NCBI GenBank assembly: GCA_964507855.1
Contig: CAZDQS010000001.1
Span: forward strand, 166,121 to 230,120
Source: an uncultured Candidatus Saccharibacteria bacterium
Lineage (GTDB): Bacteria; Patescibacteriota; Saccharimonadia; Saccharimonadales; CAZDQS01
DNA length: 64,000 nt
Direction: 5' to 3'
In this document: positions 8,106 through 17,606 of the stretch, piece by piece
Layout of the letters: each line of letters opens with the position of its first letter
Numbering within the stretch: position 1 is the first letter of the stretch
The notes under the pieces: model-generated
Databases searched by the model: none
What the model saw: the letters and a program-made list of their open reading frames with translations, nothing else
What the model was told of the DNA's origin: nothing
Made by a program: the position numbers and the translations under genes

Positions 8106-10166
8106 ATGCCAAAGAAACCAAAGAACCCTACCCCTTCTGAAGATGAGGCCGTGGAAAAGAGCGTTGAAGAGCTCATGGGGCCAGTGCCGCAAAGCCCAAC
8201 CCCTCCGCCCGCCGACAGCACAGAAACAGAGGAACCCAGCTCCGCCCCTTTGGTAGACGCTAACGGTACACCGCTTGAAACAATTGAGCCTGCACCAGAA
8301 GCTGCTGCAGACGGCGACCGGATTGAGGTTAAGGTAGCAAGCGCCAAGGATAAAAAGAGTACTGATGAAGTAACGACCGCGCCCGAAGTGCCCGAGGAGA
8401 AACTTCAGCAAGCAATATCGCCAGAGCCGGAAGCACCCACGGAGAGCGGGCCGGCACCGCAGGAACCGCCCGCCGACGAGCCTGATATAGAAGCGGCTGT
8501 GAATGATATTGTTGCCAAGGAAAGCGACGCTGTACTCGAGGCAGAAGACCAGAAGGTAGCCGAAGCTTTCTCTGACAAAAAACCATCCTTAAATGACAGG
8601 CTGAAGCACTTCTTTGTTAGCTGGTGGGAGAACAAGAAAGCCCGATACGGCACGTTTGCTGCGATTACGGTGGCCATTGTTGCAATACTAGCTGTGCCGA
8701 CGACCCGCTATGTGGTGCTCAATAGTGTTGGGGTTAGAAGCGGCGTTTCGCTGACAGTCGTGGACAGCAGCACCCGCCTACCGTTGCGCAACGTTTCGGT
8801 TGCGATCGGCGGTACCTCTACCCGAACTGATCAGAATGGGTATGTTAAGCTCAGTGGCCTCAAGCTTGGAAAAACAGAATTAAAGATAGAGCGCCGCGCC
8901 TTCGCGGACGTGCGCCGGACATTGACACTCGGGTGGGGGTCGAACCCACTTGGCGAGTTCCAGCTGACGCCGATCGGAACCCAGTATACCTTTATTGTGA
9001 AGGACTTTATGTCTGATAAACCTATCGAGAAAGCCGAAGCCATCAGCGGAGCAGCCAGCGCGTTCTCCGACAAGAACGGCAAGATTGTTTTGACGGTTGA
9101 CGAGGCCGATGCGACTGAACTGGAGGTTACTATCGAGGCTAACTCATACCGGGACGAAGTATTGCAAATCAATGCCGATACCGAAGGCGACCAGCAGGTT
9201 GCCATGGTACCGGCCCGGAAGCACGTCTTTGTGTCGAAGCGGTCCGGCACCTATGATGTCTACAAAATTGATGTCGACGGTAGCAATGAAGAGCTTTTGC
9301 TGGCCGGAACCGGGCATGAGCGTGATGATCTCGTGTTGGTGCCACATCCCACGGCAGATATCGTTGCCCTTGTCTCCACGAGAGATAACAAGCGCAATAA
9401 CGACGGGTATCTCCTCAGTACGCTAACGGTTATTGATGTGGATAGCGGCGAGACGACCGATATCGCGCAATCCGAGCAAATCCAGCTCATTGGCTGGGTG
9501 GGCGACCGGCTCGTGTATGCCCAGATAGCTGCCGGAGAGAGTGCCGAAAGCCCCCATCGGCACCGTCTGAAGTCATACAACTATGTTAAGGATGATTCGC
9601 TCGAGCTGGCAGCCAGTAATTACTTTAACGACGTTCTGTTAGCTGGTGGCAGCGTGTATTTTGCCCCTTCGCTCAGTACCGGCGGCAAAGACATCGGCCT
9701 GTATAAGATTGCAGCTAACGGCACTGCCCGGCAGACTATCCTCAATAAGGAGGTTTGGAATATTTTCCGGGCTTCACACGACAAGCTGTATATTTCCGCC
9801 CAACAGGAGTGGTACGAACACACAATCGGCAATGGTGAGCCAACGAAGATGAACGGTGCGCCGGCCAATGCTCGCAGTCGGGTTTATACAGACAACCCGG
9901 ACGGGCTATCCAGTCTGTGGGTGGAGGAGCGAGATGGCAAAGGTGTGCTTTTGTCCTACGATACCGAAGAGCGCGAGGATGAGATATTGCGCACGCAGAG
10001 CGGCCTTCACTTCCCAGTGTACTGGCTGAATGAGAGGTATCTGGTCTACCGGATCAATACGGATGAAGAAAGTGCCGATTATGTCATGAATACAGATGGC
10101 GGTGAACCGCGCAAGATCCAGGACGTCTCTAACACAGGTGGCATCGACCGCTGGTACTTTTATTAA
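8106..10166 (+). CDS. large membrane-anchored surface protein (acidic/Pro-rich N-terminus, CarboxypepD_reg-like domains, TolB-like beta-propeller)
   Basis: ATG 8106 is preceded by AAGGA; the track start at 8076 is TTG. One TM helix. VSLTVVDSSTRLPLRNVSVAIGG..TDQNGYVKL resembles Ig-like regulatory domains. SGTYDVYKIDVDGSNEELL resembles TolB-type propeller repeats. Confidence 0.65.
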   Translation: MPKKPKNPTPSEDEAVEKSVEELMGPVPQSPTPPPADSTETEEPSSAPLVDANGTPLETIEPAPEAAADGDRIEVKVASAKDKKSTDEVTTAPEVPEEKLQQAISPEPEAPTESGPAPQEPPADEPDIEAAVNDIVAKESDAVLEAEDQKVAEAFSDKKPSLNDRLKHFFVSWWENKKARYGTFAAITVAIVAILAVPTTRYVVLNSVGVRSGVSLTVVDSSTRLPLRNVSVAIGGTSTRTDQNGYVKLSGLKLGKTELKIERRAFADVRRTLTLGWGSNPLGEFQLTPIGTQYTFIVKDFMSDKPIEKAEAISGAASAFSDKNGKIVLTVDEADATELEVTIEANSYRDEVLQINADTEGDQQVAMVPARKHVFVSKRSGTYDVYKIDVDGSNEELLLAGTGHERDDLVLVPHPTADIVALVSTRDNKRNNDGYLLSTLTVIDVDSGETTDIAQSEQIQLIGWVGDRLVYAQIAAGESAESPHRHRLKSYNYVKDDSLELAASNYFNDVLLAGGSVYFAPSLSTGGKDIGLYKIAANGTARQTILNKEVWNIFRASHDKLYISAQQEWYEHTIGNGEPTKMNGAPANARSRVYTDNPDGLSSLWVEERDGKGVLLSYDTEEREDEILRTQSGLHFPVYWLNERYLVYRINTDEESADYVMNTDGGEPRKIQDVSNTGGIDRWYFY

Positions 10167-10168
10167 TA

Positions 10169-10201
10169 ATGAGACGAGTTGACTCTTCTTCTCATCACGC
10201 C
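10169..10201 (+). repeat. partial copy (E) of the intergenic repeat family: hairpin-1 module only
   Basis: TAATAATGAGA...TTCTCATCACGCC starts at the stop codon of the upstream gene. The same TAATAATGAGA..TCTCATCGCGC junction occurs at 37907-37986. Confidence 0.35.
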
Positions 10202-10562
10202 ACGAGCCAAATGGATTCACTTGTGGGTTATTGCTGTCGGTTGGGGTTTTGGGCTTGATCGACGATGCGGGGCATTTCAGTCAACTGCCGGGTAAGTTCC
10301 TCGGTTGGTACGGCACCCCGCTGCATAAAGCCATCGACATCTACTCGCCGTGAAGGTGGTATAATTTGCGGTCCTTCGGCAGGTGGTTCGGCTCTTCTTT
10401 CTCAGTGCCTGTTACCGCCTTGGCGGCTCAAACTTACAGCGCCAAAAACAGCGTTTACTAAATTGACTTCAGGGATTGCTTGTAAATCCCTTTGTGGTGG
10501 GTGGTAATATTCTTGCATGCATCAGATTATACCAATGAGGCTAAGAGATTTATACTAGTACC

Positions 10563-10787
10563 ATGTGGCAAGAAGTACATAACACACTGGTTAAAGAATT
10601 TTCATTCGCAGATTTTAAAACGGCCTTGGCATTCGTGAACAAAATCGGCGAGTTGGCTGAGGAGGTGAACCACCACCCTGATGTTGAGCTTGGCTGGGGG
10701 CGGGTGAAGGTTATGCTCACTACGCATGACGCTGGCGGTGTAACCGACAAGGACCGGGATCTGGCAGCCAAAATTGACGCGCTATAG
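10563..10787 (+). CDS. pterin-4-alpha-carbinolamine dehydratase
   Basis: 74 aa with the HHPD..W..V...L.THD signature (EEVNHHPDVELGWGRVKVMLTTHDAGG). Confidence 0.8.
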   Translation: MWQEVHNTLVKEFSFADFKTALAFVNKIGELAEEVNHHPDVELGWGRVKVMLTTHDAGGVTDKDRDLAAKIDAL

Positions 10788-11612
10788 TTCGGCGATTTTC
10801 ATTTTGCCATCAGCTTGGAAGTAGCCGCGCATCACACGATTACGCAGACGGTAAGGTTTGCCGACGGTAACCGTGCGGACTTTTTTGACCTTACCGGTTT
10901 GTCTTAATTGGCGGATAATCAGCTCGCGCTCGGCGTTGGTGTCCTCATGAATAAGATGGGTCAGCTGGGCATTGTGGCGGATGGGCGCGATACCGATGTC
11001 TTTCGAGGCGGCGCCGACCCAGAAGACTCGCTGCCGTGCGTGTAATGAAGCATGGTGCCGATGCCAGAAGTGGACGTGCTCGGCGTGGTTAGGGTCACCG
11101 ACGGGCCGCACTGCCCAGAACCGGACATGGTGCCGGTGGGAGGGGTTGTCTGTCAGCGGCAATTGGAATCCAATGTCCTGCTTGCGGCCAAACAGATACA
11201 GGTTGCTGAATGGAGCGGTGGGGTACGGTTTTCTGAGCAGGGTATAAACAATGAGCTTTAAGGTTGTTTTCAAGGTACGCTTATCGGCTTTGTGCCACCC
11301 AGCAGCTTGCATGGCGTCGATCAGTTGCTGTTCTGTGCCAGTGACACCGACATTGACGGGGTCGCTCGCGAAGCCGTCGGGCGTGACGCAGTACAGGGGT
11401 ATGTGGTCAGTTTTGTGAAAAATGCGAATTAGTCGCAAGAGTGCTGGGATGAGAATGTAAGCGATGATAATGTATGTCAGCAAGATAGCCACCGCTGCCG
11501 GCAGGCGCCGATCTATGACAGGATAAAGATTCCGAACCGTAAAGTAGGTTACGAAGATGCCGGGGATAAATACCAGCACGCGCTTCACCAACCGCACAAC
11601 AGCGTCAATCAT
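10782..11612 (-). CDS. membrane protein with LssY C-terminal-like domain
   Basis: Two N-terminal TM helices, then DPVNVGVTGTEQQLIDAMQAAGWHKAD. The track start at 11630 is TTG; the first ATG is at 11612. Confidence 0.55.
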   Translation of the reverse strand: MIDAVVRLVKRVLVFIPGIFVTYFTVRNLYPVIDRRLPAAVAILLTYIIIAYILIPALLRLIRIFHKTDHIPLYCVTPDGFASDPVNVGVTGTEQQLIDAMQAAGWHKADKRTLKTTLKLIVYTLLRKPYPTAPFSNLYLFGRKQDIGFQLPLTDNPSHRHHVRFWAVRPVGDPNHAEHVHFWHRHHASLHARQRVFWVGAASKDIGIAPIRHNAQLTHLIHEDTNAERELIIRQLRQTGKVKKVRTVTVGKPYRLRNRVMRGYFQADGKMKIAEL

Positions 11613-11637
11613 ATGCTTACTAGGATACAATCATTTT

Positions 11638-12453
11638 ATGGCTGAAGTGAAACAATTCAGGCAAACCGTGTGGGAGCACTACCGAAGGCACAGCCGGGAT
11701 CTACCCTGGCGTCGTCCTGAGCCGGGAGGAGTATTCGACCCGTACAAAATCATGGTGTCTGAAATCATGCTCCAGCAAACCCAGGTTGGCCGGGTGGTGC
11801 CGAAGTACGCGGCGTTCCTTGCGGCCTTTCCGACCGTCCAGAGCCTGGCATCGGCGGAGCTTTCGGAGGTGCTGGCGGTCTGGAGTGGGCTTGGTTATAA
11901 CCGGCGGGCAAAGCATCTTCACGAAGCGGCAAAGGCTATAGCCACTGGCCACAACGGCGTTGTTCCAAAAACACTTAACGCGTTAATCACCTTGCCTGGT
12001 ATTGGCCGTAACACCGCTGGGGCGATTATGGCGTATGCTTACAACCAGCCGGTTGTCTTTGTCGAGACTAATATCCGTACGGTCATGATCCATCACTTCT
12101 TCAACGACCATCCAGAGAAAGTTTCTGATGCGGACATCCTTAAACTCGTTGAAGCAGCATTGCCGGATGAACATTATCGGGAGTGGTACTGGGCGCTGAT
12201 GGACTACGGGACGTATCTTAAGAAAACCCACGGCACGTCGCTTGAGAAGGCCAAGGCATATACCCGGCAAAGCACGTTTCAGGGTTCGCGCCGTCAATTG
12301 CGCGGCCAAATTATCAAACTGCTCATTGCTGGGCCAAGGTGCGAAGCCGAGCTAGCCGATGCGCTACCTGATGATCGTCTGCTGGCAGTGCTCGCTGAGC
12401 TCGAAGCCGAGCGCCTGGTAGTTCGCCGTAGCGACCTCTATAAAATTGCTTGA
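11638..12453 (+). CDS. HhH-GPD base-excision DNA glycosylase (MutY/Nth superfamily), atypical
   Basis: DLPWRR..PYKIMVSEIMLQQTQV and the HhH motif LPGIGRNTAGAIMAYAY. No Cys4 Fe-S cluster motif. The start is reassigned from 11557 to the ATG at 11638. Confidence 0.75.
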   Translation: MAEVKQFRQTVWEHYRRHSRDLPWRRPEPGGVFDPYKIMVSEIMLQQTQVGRVVPKYAAFLAAFPTVQSLASAELSEVLAVWSGLGYNRRAKHLHEAAKAIATGHNGVVPKTLNALITLPGIGRNTAGAIMAYAYNQPVVFVETNIRTVMIHHFFNDHPEKVSDADILKLVEAALPDEHYREWYWALMDYGTYLKKTHGTSLEKAKAYTRQSTFQGSRRQLRGQIIKLLIAGPRCEAELADALPDDRLLAVLAELEAERLVVRRSDLYKIA

Positions 12454-12499
12454 CGATTTTGTGCTTATGCTAGAATAATCACGAAAGGTACATAATGTC

Positions 12500-13285
12500 A
12501 TGACACTAAAACCAAAGTACATACTTGCGGCTGCGCTCCTGGCTCCACTCTTTGTGCTTGCGCCGGCGCATGCCCAACGCAGACCCGCTCCAGAGGCTAA
12601 TCAAAATGCTAGCTCCTCGGGACAGACAACAGAGGCAAGAACTATAAGCGCCCAAGCAGAGGATATATCTGCGGAAGATCTTGAGACAGCACTGAAGCAG
12701 CGCCGCGAAGAACTGGCAGCCACGCGCCAGGAGCGGCTTGAGCAGCGTAAAGCCGCCCGGCAATTACGCTTGACTGTCGCGCAGGAAGCGCGCCTCAAAG
12801 CACGTTGTGTGCAGGCACAAGGCGTAATCAAGAGCCTTGATGAGAAGGTGCACGTGCAGATAAATCGTCGTCACCGGGCTTATGAAAATATCAGCCAGCA
12901 AGTTGGGAACCTTTTGACCCGTCTTGAAGGTAGTGATGTTGATACAACTGAACTAGCCGATCTCGTAGTCGAGCTGGATGAAAAGATCGCTCAATACAAA
13001 GAGCACGTCGCAGAATACCAGGCAGCATTAATAGATCTTCACGCCATGGGCTGTGCAGAGGATGTGACGGCTTTCCAGGTATCGCTGGTGAGTGCTCGTG
13101 AGTTGCGTGAAAGCCTGAAAGCAGAGATACAAGACATTCGCTCACATGTTATGGATGTAATTAAGCCGGCATTGGTAGAGTTACGTCAACAGCTGGCCGG
13201 TGAAGCGGGTGACGCTACTGATGAGGAATCTATCGAAGAAACACAAAACACTACCGAAGAAACGGTAGAAGAAGGAGAAGAATAA
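12500..13285 (+). CDS. secreted coiled-coil protein, hypothetical
   Basis: Signal peptide ending APAHA-Q, heptad-like charged sequence, acidic tail. Confidence 0.5.
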   Translation: MTLKPKYILAAALLAPLFVLAPAHAQRRPAPEANQNASSSGQTTEARTISAQAEDISAEDLETALKQRREELAATRQERLEQRKAARQLRLTVAQEARLKARCVQAQGVIKSLDEKVHVQINRRHRAYENISQQVGNLLTRLEGSDVDTTELADLVVELDEKIAQYKEHVAEYQAALIDLHAMGCAEDVTAFQVSLVSARELRESLKAEIQDIRSHVMDVIKPALVELRQQLAGEAGDATDEESIEETQNTTEETVEEGEE

Positions 13286-13287
13286 TC

Positions 13288-13893
13288 ATGGATGAATTCA
13301 ACAAGCCAAACGCGCCAACTGATAGCACCGATAGCCAGCAACCTGTTTCGCCCACGCCAGGCATAGTGAGCCCGCAGCCGGGTGGCGATAGAGCGCCTGC
13401 CGATAGCCTCAATGCGCCAACCCCGGATCTGGGGTCAGAGGAACCTTCACTTTCGCCTGAGCCAGAGGTACCGGCACCTGTGGCGGCTGGTTCGACTATC
13501 AGCCCGTCACCAGCTCCAGCGCCCGCACCTTCTACCGAAGACAAGCCCGCGGCCAATGCACCTGAAGCTACACCAGGCAACCCACAGGAGCAGCCAGCCG
13601 TGACCGCACCGGCAACACCGGGTGGCAAGCGCCGGGTGCCGACAACCGTCATTCTCCTTGCAGTTCTTGTTGCAGCGGTGCTTATTGGTGTTGCGATGTT
13701 TCTCTATCTGGAATCACAGACCAAGGAAACACCAGCCCCAGCTGCGCCGGGTGCCTCGCTCAACGCCGAAGATGAAGTATCGGCGGAAGATGTTGATGAA
13801 ACCGTTAATGAAGTTGATGAGACTATCAACGGTATTGATGACAGCGATGCCTTTAACGAAGACGACCTCAGCGACGACACGCTGAGCCTTTAG
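13288..13893 (+). CDS. Pro/Ala-rich membrane-anchored acidic protein, hypothetical
   Basis: Starts 3 nt after the previous stop. Low-complexity P/A/E N-terminus, one TM helix, acidic C-terminus. Confidence 0.5.
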   Translation: MDEFNKPNAPTDSTDSQQPVSPTPGIVSPQPGGDRAPADSLNAPTPDLGSEEPSLSPEPEVPAPVAAGSTISPSPAPAPAPSTEDKPAANAPEATPGNPQEQPAVTAPATPGGKRRVPTTVILLAVLVAAVLIGVAMFLYLESQTKETPAPAAPGASLNAEDEVSAEDVDETVNEVDETINGIDDSDAFNEDDLSDDTLSL

Positions 13894-13940
13894 CGCATAA
13901 TTACCTACGCTTTCAGGCGGGCAGAGGAACAATGTCCGGG

Positions 13941-14855
13941 TTATTTACGTGCGCGGTCGCTGGCTTTTGGCGGATGTGGCGCCTCGTGTACAACAACTTG
14001 CGGTAGGGCGAACCGGATACCTTCCTTGTCGAAAGTCTTCTTGAGACGCTTGCGCAACTCGCCAGTAACCGCCCACTGCTGCATGGGCACGGTTTTGCTA
14101 ATGACCTTAATGGCGATGCCTGATTCCTCAAAAGCGTCAACCCGTAACACCGCCGGTGCTTCAAATATCTTGTCTTTCCAGGCTTCATCTTCGGCAAGCG
14201 CCGCACCAATTTCATTTATGATCTTTTCGGCTTTTTCGAGGTCGCTGTCGTAGGTAATCTTGACGTTCAGGTTCACGTTAGCATATTCCATAGTCATATT
14301 GGTCGTAAGTGTAATGTTGCCGTTCGGGAAATGGTGGAGGTTACCATTAAGATCGCGAAGCACGGTGGTGCGGATAGTCACATTCTCGACAATGCCGGCA
14401 ACGCCTTGGTTCAGCTGCACAACGTCACCAACGCGGTATTGGTTCTCGGTGATGATGAAGATACCGCTGGTGAAATCTTTTATGAGTGACTGTGCGCCGA
14501 AGCCAAGTGCGACACCCAAGACGCCGGCACTGGCCAGTAGTGGTGCTGTATTAACGCCAATTTCGCTGACAATCATGATGGCTGCAATAATCCAGGCGCT
14601 GACCCGCATGGTGGCGCTAATGAGGCCGTGAAGCGTTTCTATGCGCTTTTTGCGGTCGATTTCGGTCGGAAAGAGATCCCTGCGGAGTGTTCGCTCAAGC
14701 AGATTTGTGATGATTTTTGTGCTGAAGCGGCGCAAGAAATAGGCACCAAGTAATATGACGATGATGTTCGGCAGGTGGTCACCAAGCCAGGCGGCGATAT
14801 CGGACCAGAGTCGGTCAAAATTCTCAAAGATAGAAAGTAATAATTGCTCCTGCAT
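13941..14855 (-). CDS. mechanosensitive ion channel (MscS family)
   Basis: TM3 plus beta-domain block LASAGVLGVALGFGAQSLIKDFTSGIFIITENQYRVGDVV. Start set at ATG 14855, because the track start at 14966 would overlap divergent tsaC. Confidence 0.8.
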   Translation of the reverse strand: MQEQLLLSIFENFDRLWSDIAAWLGDHLPNIIVILLGAYFLRRFSTKIITNLLERTLRRDLFPTEIDRKKRIETLHGLISATMRVSAWIIAAIMIVSEIGVNTAPLLASAGVLGVALGFGAQSLIKDFTSGIFIITENQYRVGDVVQLNQGVAGIVENVTIRTTVLRDLNGNLHHFPNGNITLTTNMTMEYANVNLNVKITYDSDLEKAEKIINEIGAALAEDEAWKDKIFEAPAVLRVDAFEESGIAIKVISKTVPMQQWAVTGELRKRLKKTFDKEGIRFALPQVVVHEAPHPPKASDRARK

Positions 14856-14874
14856 TGATGGTAGTATATCAAGG

Positions 14875-15474
14875 ATGAGCGAACCTGTTGAGCTTAAGAG
14901 TATCGATAACCCAGAGCTTGTTGCTCTGCTAAGGGATGGTGCAGTCGGCGTGTTGCCGACGGACACGGTCTATGGCTTGGTGGCGAGCGCCGCTGATGAG
15001 TCTGCGGTGGCGAAGCTGTATGAACTAAAAAGCAGAGAGCAAAAGCCGGGCACGATCATTGCGGCATCTATTGACGACATCGCCACGCTCGGCGTAAAAC
15101 TACGCTATCTCAAGGCAGTTGAACAGTATTGGCCGGGTGCTATCAGTGTCGTTGTGCCCGTTGGGGAGGATGTGGCATATCTCCATCTCGGTAAGCGGAG
15201 CCTAGCTGTCCGTATACCGTCAGACAGCGGCTTGCAGCACCTGCTGCAGCAAACCGGACCGCTTGTTACTTCAAGCGCGAATCATTCCGGTGAGCCGCCG
15301 GCTAATACTTTGGCCGAAGCGCGCAGATACTTCGGTAAGGCGGTAGATTTTTATGTCGACGGCGGCGACTTAAGCGGCCGGCATCCTTCGACTATTATCC
15401 GGGTTGTTGATGATGCTATCGAGGTGCTTCGCGAAGGTGCAGTCAAAATAAACGAAAGCGGGAGGATAGAATAA
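14875..15474 (+). CDS. tsaC: L-threonylcarbamoyladenylate synthase (Sua5/YrdC/YwlC family)
   Basis: GAVGVLPTDTVYGLVASA, KPGTIIA, SSANHSGEPP motifs. The track start at 14755 was rejected. Confidence 0.85.
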   Translation: MSEPVELKSIDNPELVALLRDGAVGVLPTDTVYGLVASAADESAVAKLYELKSREQKPGTIIAASIDDIATLGVKLRYLKAVEQYWPGAISVVVPVGEDVAYLHLGKRSLAVRIPSDSGLQHLLQQTGPLVTSSANHSGEPPANTLAEARRYFGKAVDFYVDGGDLSGRHPSTIIRVVDDAIEVLREGAVKINESGRIE

Positions 15475-15806
15475 TGACACTCGATGAATATCAAAAGCAC
15501 GCTCTTAGCACTGCCCTAAAAAGCGGGGATGACTTCAAGGACATGACGCACTGGGTGCTCGGGATTGTTGGCGAGTCAGGCGAGGTTGCCGAAAAATTCA
15601 AGAAGATTATTCGTGACAAGCAGGGGCAGATGTCAAAGGATGATGAGCAGGAATTTATCAAAGAGATTGGTGACGTACTGTGGCACGTGGCGGTGATTGC
15701 CGATCAGCTCGGGGTGCCCCTCGAGGAGGTAGCCCGCGTTAACGTGGAAAAGCTGAAGAGCCGCAAGGCCAGGAATGTGCTTTCTGGCAGCGGGGATAAC
15801 CGGTAG
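15474..15806 (+). CDS. MazG-like nucleotide pyrophosphohydrolase
   Basis: 110 aa with EVAEKFKK...EIGDVLWHVAVIADQLG..LEEV...N.EKL. Start overlaps the tsaC stop (TAATG). Confidence 0.75.
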   Translation: MTLDEYQKHALSTALKSGDDFKDMTHWVLGIVGESGEVAEKFKKIIRDKQGQMSKDDEQEFIKEIGDVLWHVAVIADQLGVPLEEVARVNVEKLKSRKARNVLSGSGDNR

Positions 15807-15846
15807 TGTCCTTGCCTGGTTCGCGAACTCACCGTATCATTACCTT

Positions 15847-16215
15847 ATGAGCAAAACAGTTTTAGTAGTAGACGATGACAAATTAGCCCGCGAGAGCCTT
15901 ACGGCAGCCCTTGAAGAACGCGGTTTGGCAGTGATGCATGCGGAGGATGGCAAGAAGGGCCTGGACCTCGCGCTAGAAAAGCGGCCGAACTTGGTCATAG
16001 TTGATGTGCGTATGCCCGTCATGGATGGCCACGAAATGCTGCAGCGGCTTCGTGAAGATGAATGGGGTAAGAATGTTCCGGCAGTTATCTTAAGTTCTGA
16101 TGAATCAACCGACTCAATCAATCAGGCGCTGCAAGCCGGTGTAACAGTTTATCTCTCCAAGTCGACGACGACTGCCGATGACCTCGCTCAGCAGGTCATC
16201 ACTGCTTTGGGTTAG
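15847..16215 (+). CDS. single-domain response regulator (CheY-like receiver)
   Basis: VLVVDDD...DLALEKRPNLVIVDVRMPVMDG...ILSS; no output domain. Confidence 0.85.
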   Translation: MSKTVLVVDDDKLARESLTAALEERGLAVMHAEDGKKGLDLALEKRPNLVIVDVRMPVMDGHEMLQRLREDEWGKNVPAVILSSDESTDSINQALQAGVTVYLSKSTTTADDLAQQVITALG

Positions 16216-17581
16216 TTGTAGGATCATGCTTTGGCAGCGATAGCCACACGGTCGTGCCTTTGTTTTCTTCGGACTCAAGTTTGAGCAACCCGCCATGCTG
16301 CTGAACAACGAGGCGCGTAATCCACAGCCCGAGGCCGGTGCCGTGTGATTGTACTTGGGTAGCATTCTTGGCGCGGTAGTAACCTTCAAGTACTTTGGCC
16401 TGGTCGTCTTTCGGAATGCCAATACCGTGGTCGCGCACACCGATAATATGCATCTGTTCGTTGGCGCTATAGAGGAGTTCAACTTGCTGCAGCGGGTGGC
16501 TGTACTTGATGGCGTTGGAGACGACATTCATAAGTGCGCGCTTGATAGCGCCGAGGTCACCGCTGGTGAAGGCCTTTTCAGGCCACGAACCGTCGATGAT
16601 GACAGAAATTTGATTCTCCTGCGCTCCAAGCTCAAGGGTATCCCGAACGTGTTCTGCTACACTCCGTAGCTCAATCGGCTCATCTTGCGCCTTGGCTGAT
16701 TCGTTCCGCTCGAAGATTGAAAAATCCAAAATCTCATTGATGGTCGCCATGGATGAAGCAGCGCTCCGGTACATGCTTGTCAGCAGTTCTTGCTGCTCGG
16801 CTGTCAGTGATGCGTCACCAGGCTTCAGCAGTCGCTGGATAGCCCACAAGAGGCCGCTCATTGGCGAGCGTAGTTCGTGGGAGGCAATAGATACAAACTG
16901 GTTTTTGAGGTGGGTAATCTCGCGTTCTTTGGCGGCCAGTTTGCGGTCGCGAAGGAGCCCGGCCAGCGGTATTGCCGTCAGACAAATCGGTACGAGCGAG
17001 TATATCAGCGTCTGGCGATAAAAGTTGGCGGCCGCTGTATCCATGCCAACGACAGCGATAACTCGCTGGGTGCTGGGGTCGATGATAGGTGCCACGCCTG
17101 AAACCCACAGTCCCCACCGGTCCTGCAGGGGGCCTTCGGTAAAAGGTTCGCGGGCCGTAAACGCATTGAGAAGCTGTTGCGATGCTTCCGGATAAATGTT
17201 GCCAGGCCCCGCATAGTGGGAAGAATTCGGTTGCTCACCATCAACCAAATATAGCGCGCTATTTTCGCGCCGGGTCATCAGATAGACATAGTCAACATCC
17301 GGATTATTAACCTCGATCATCCGGAGCGTTTCCTTGAGCCGCTTGTAGGCTGGTTTGTCTAGGTCGGCGCCACTGCCCTCTAGTTGACGGATATCTTGCG
17401 TGGGAAGGGCGTTTGCGACAGCTTGGGCGCGGCCCTGCAGCAGTTCATGGTTGGATGCGTTGGTGCTAATGGCCACAAAGGCAGCATCGGCCAGGCCAAC
17501 GATTATCAAGATAATAATTATTGCCGAGGTGTAGCGCTTCGGTTTACGGAGAAGCCGCTTGCCTCCAGCGGTAGGTTTCAT
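16199..17581 (-). CDS. sensor histidine kinase with extracytoplasmic Cache/PDC-like domain
   Basis: TM, sensor domain, TM, then H-box SIASHELRSPMSG, N-box NVVSNAIKYS, G1 DHGIGIP, G2 GTGLGLWI. Confidence 0.85.
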   Translation of the reverse strand: MKPTAGGKRLLRKPKRYTSAIIIILIIVGLADAAFVAISTNASNHELLQGRAQAVANALPTQDIRQLEGSGADLDKPAYKRLKETLRMIEVNNPDVDYVYLMTRRENSALYLVDGEQPNSSHYAGPGNIYPEASQQLLNAFTAREPFTEGPLQDRWGLWVSGVAPIIDPSTQRVIAVVGMDTAAANFYRQTLIYSLVPICLTAIPLAGLLRDRKLAAKEREITHLKNQFVSIASHELRSPMSGLLWAIQRLLKPGDASLTAEQQELLTSMYRSAASSMATINEILDFSIFERNESAKAQDEPIELRSVAEHVRDTLELGAQENQISVIIDGSWPEKAFTSGDLGAIKRALMNVVSNAIKYSHPLQQVELLYSANEQMHIIGVRDHGIGIPKDDQAKVLEGYYRAKNATQVQSHGTGLGLWITRLVVQQHGGLLKLESEENKGTTVWLSLPKHDPTTNPKQ

Positions 17582-17606
17582 CTCTTTTACTATAGCATAA
17601 GAGGTA

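Noticed and set aside
11966-11986. A 21-nt exact repeat CAAAAACACTTAACGCGTTAA, shared with 23693-23713 inside two unrelated CDSs (glycosylase and Dus). Both encode KTLNAL and contain the palindrome TTAACGCGTTAA.
   Set aside because: A shared hexapeptide is expected by chance among about 20,000 residues. Identical codon choice is unlikely but not extreme given codon bias, and no flanking similarity exists. It is retained only as a possible link to the CTTAAC..GTTAAG motif at 7956-8027.
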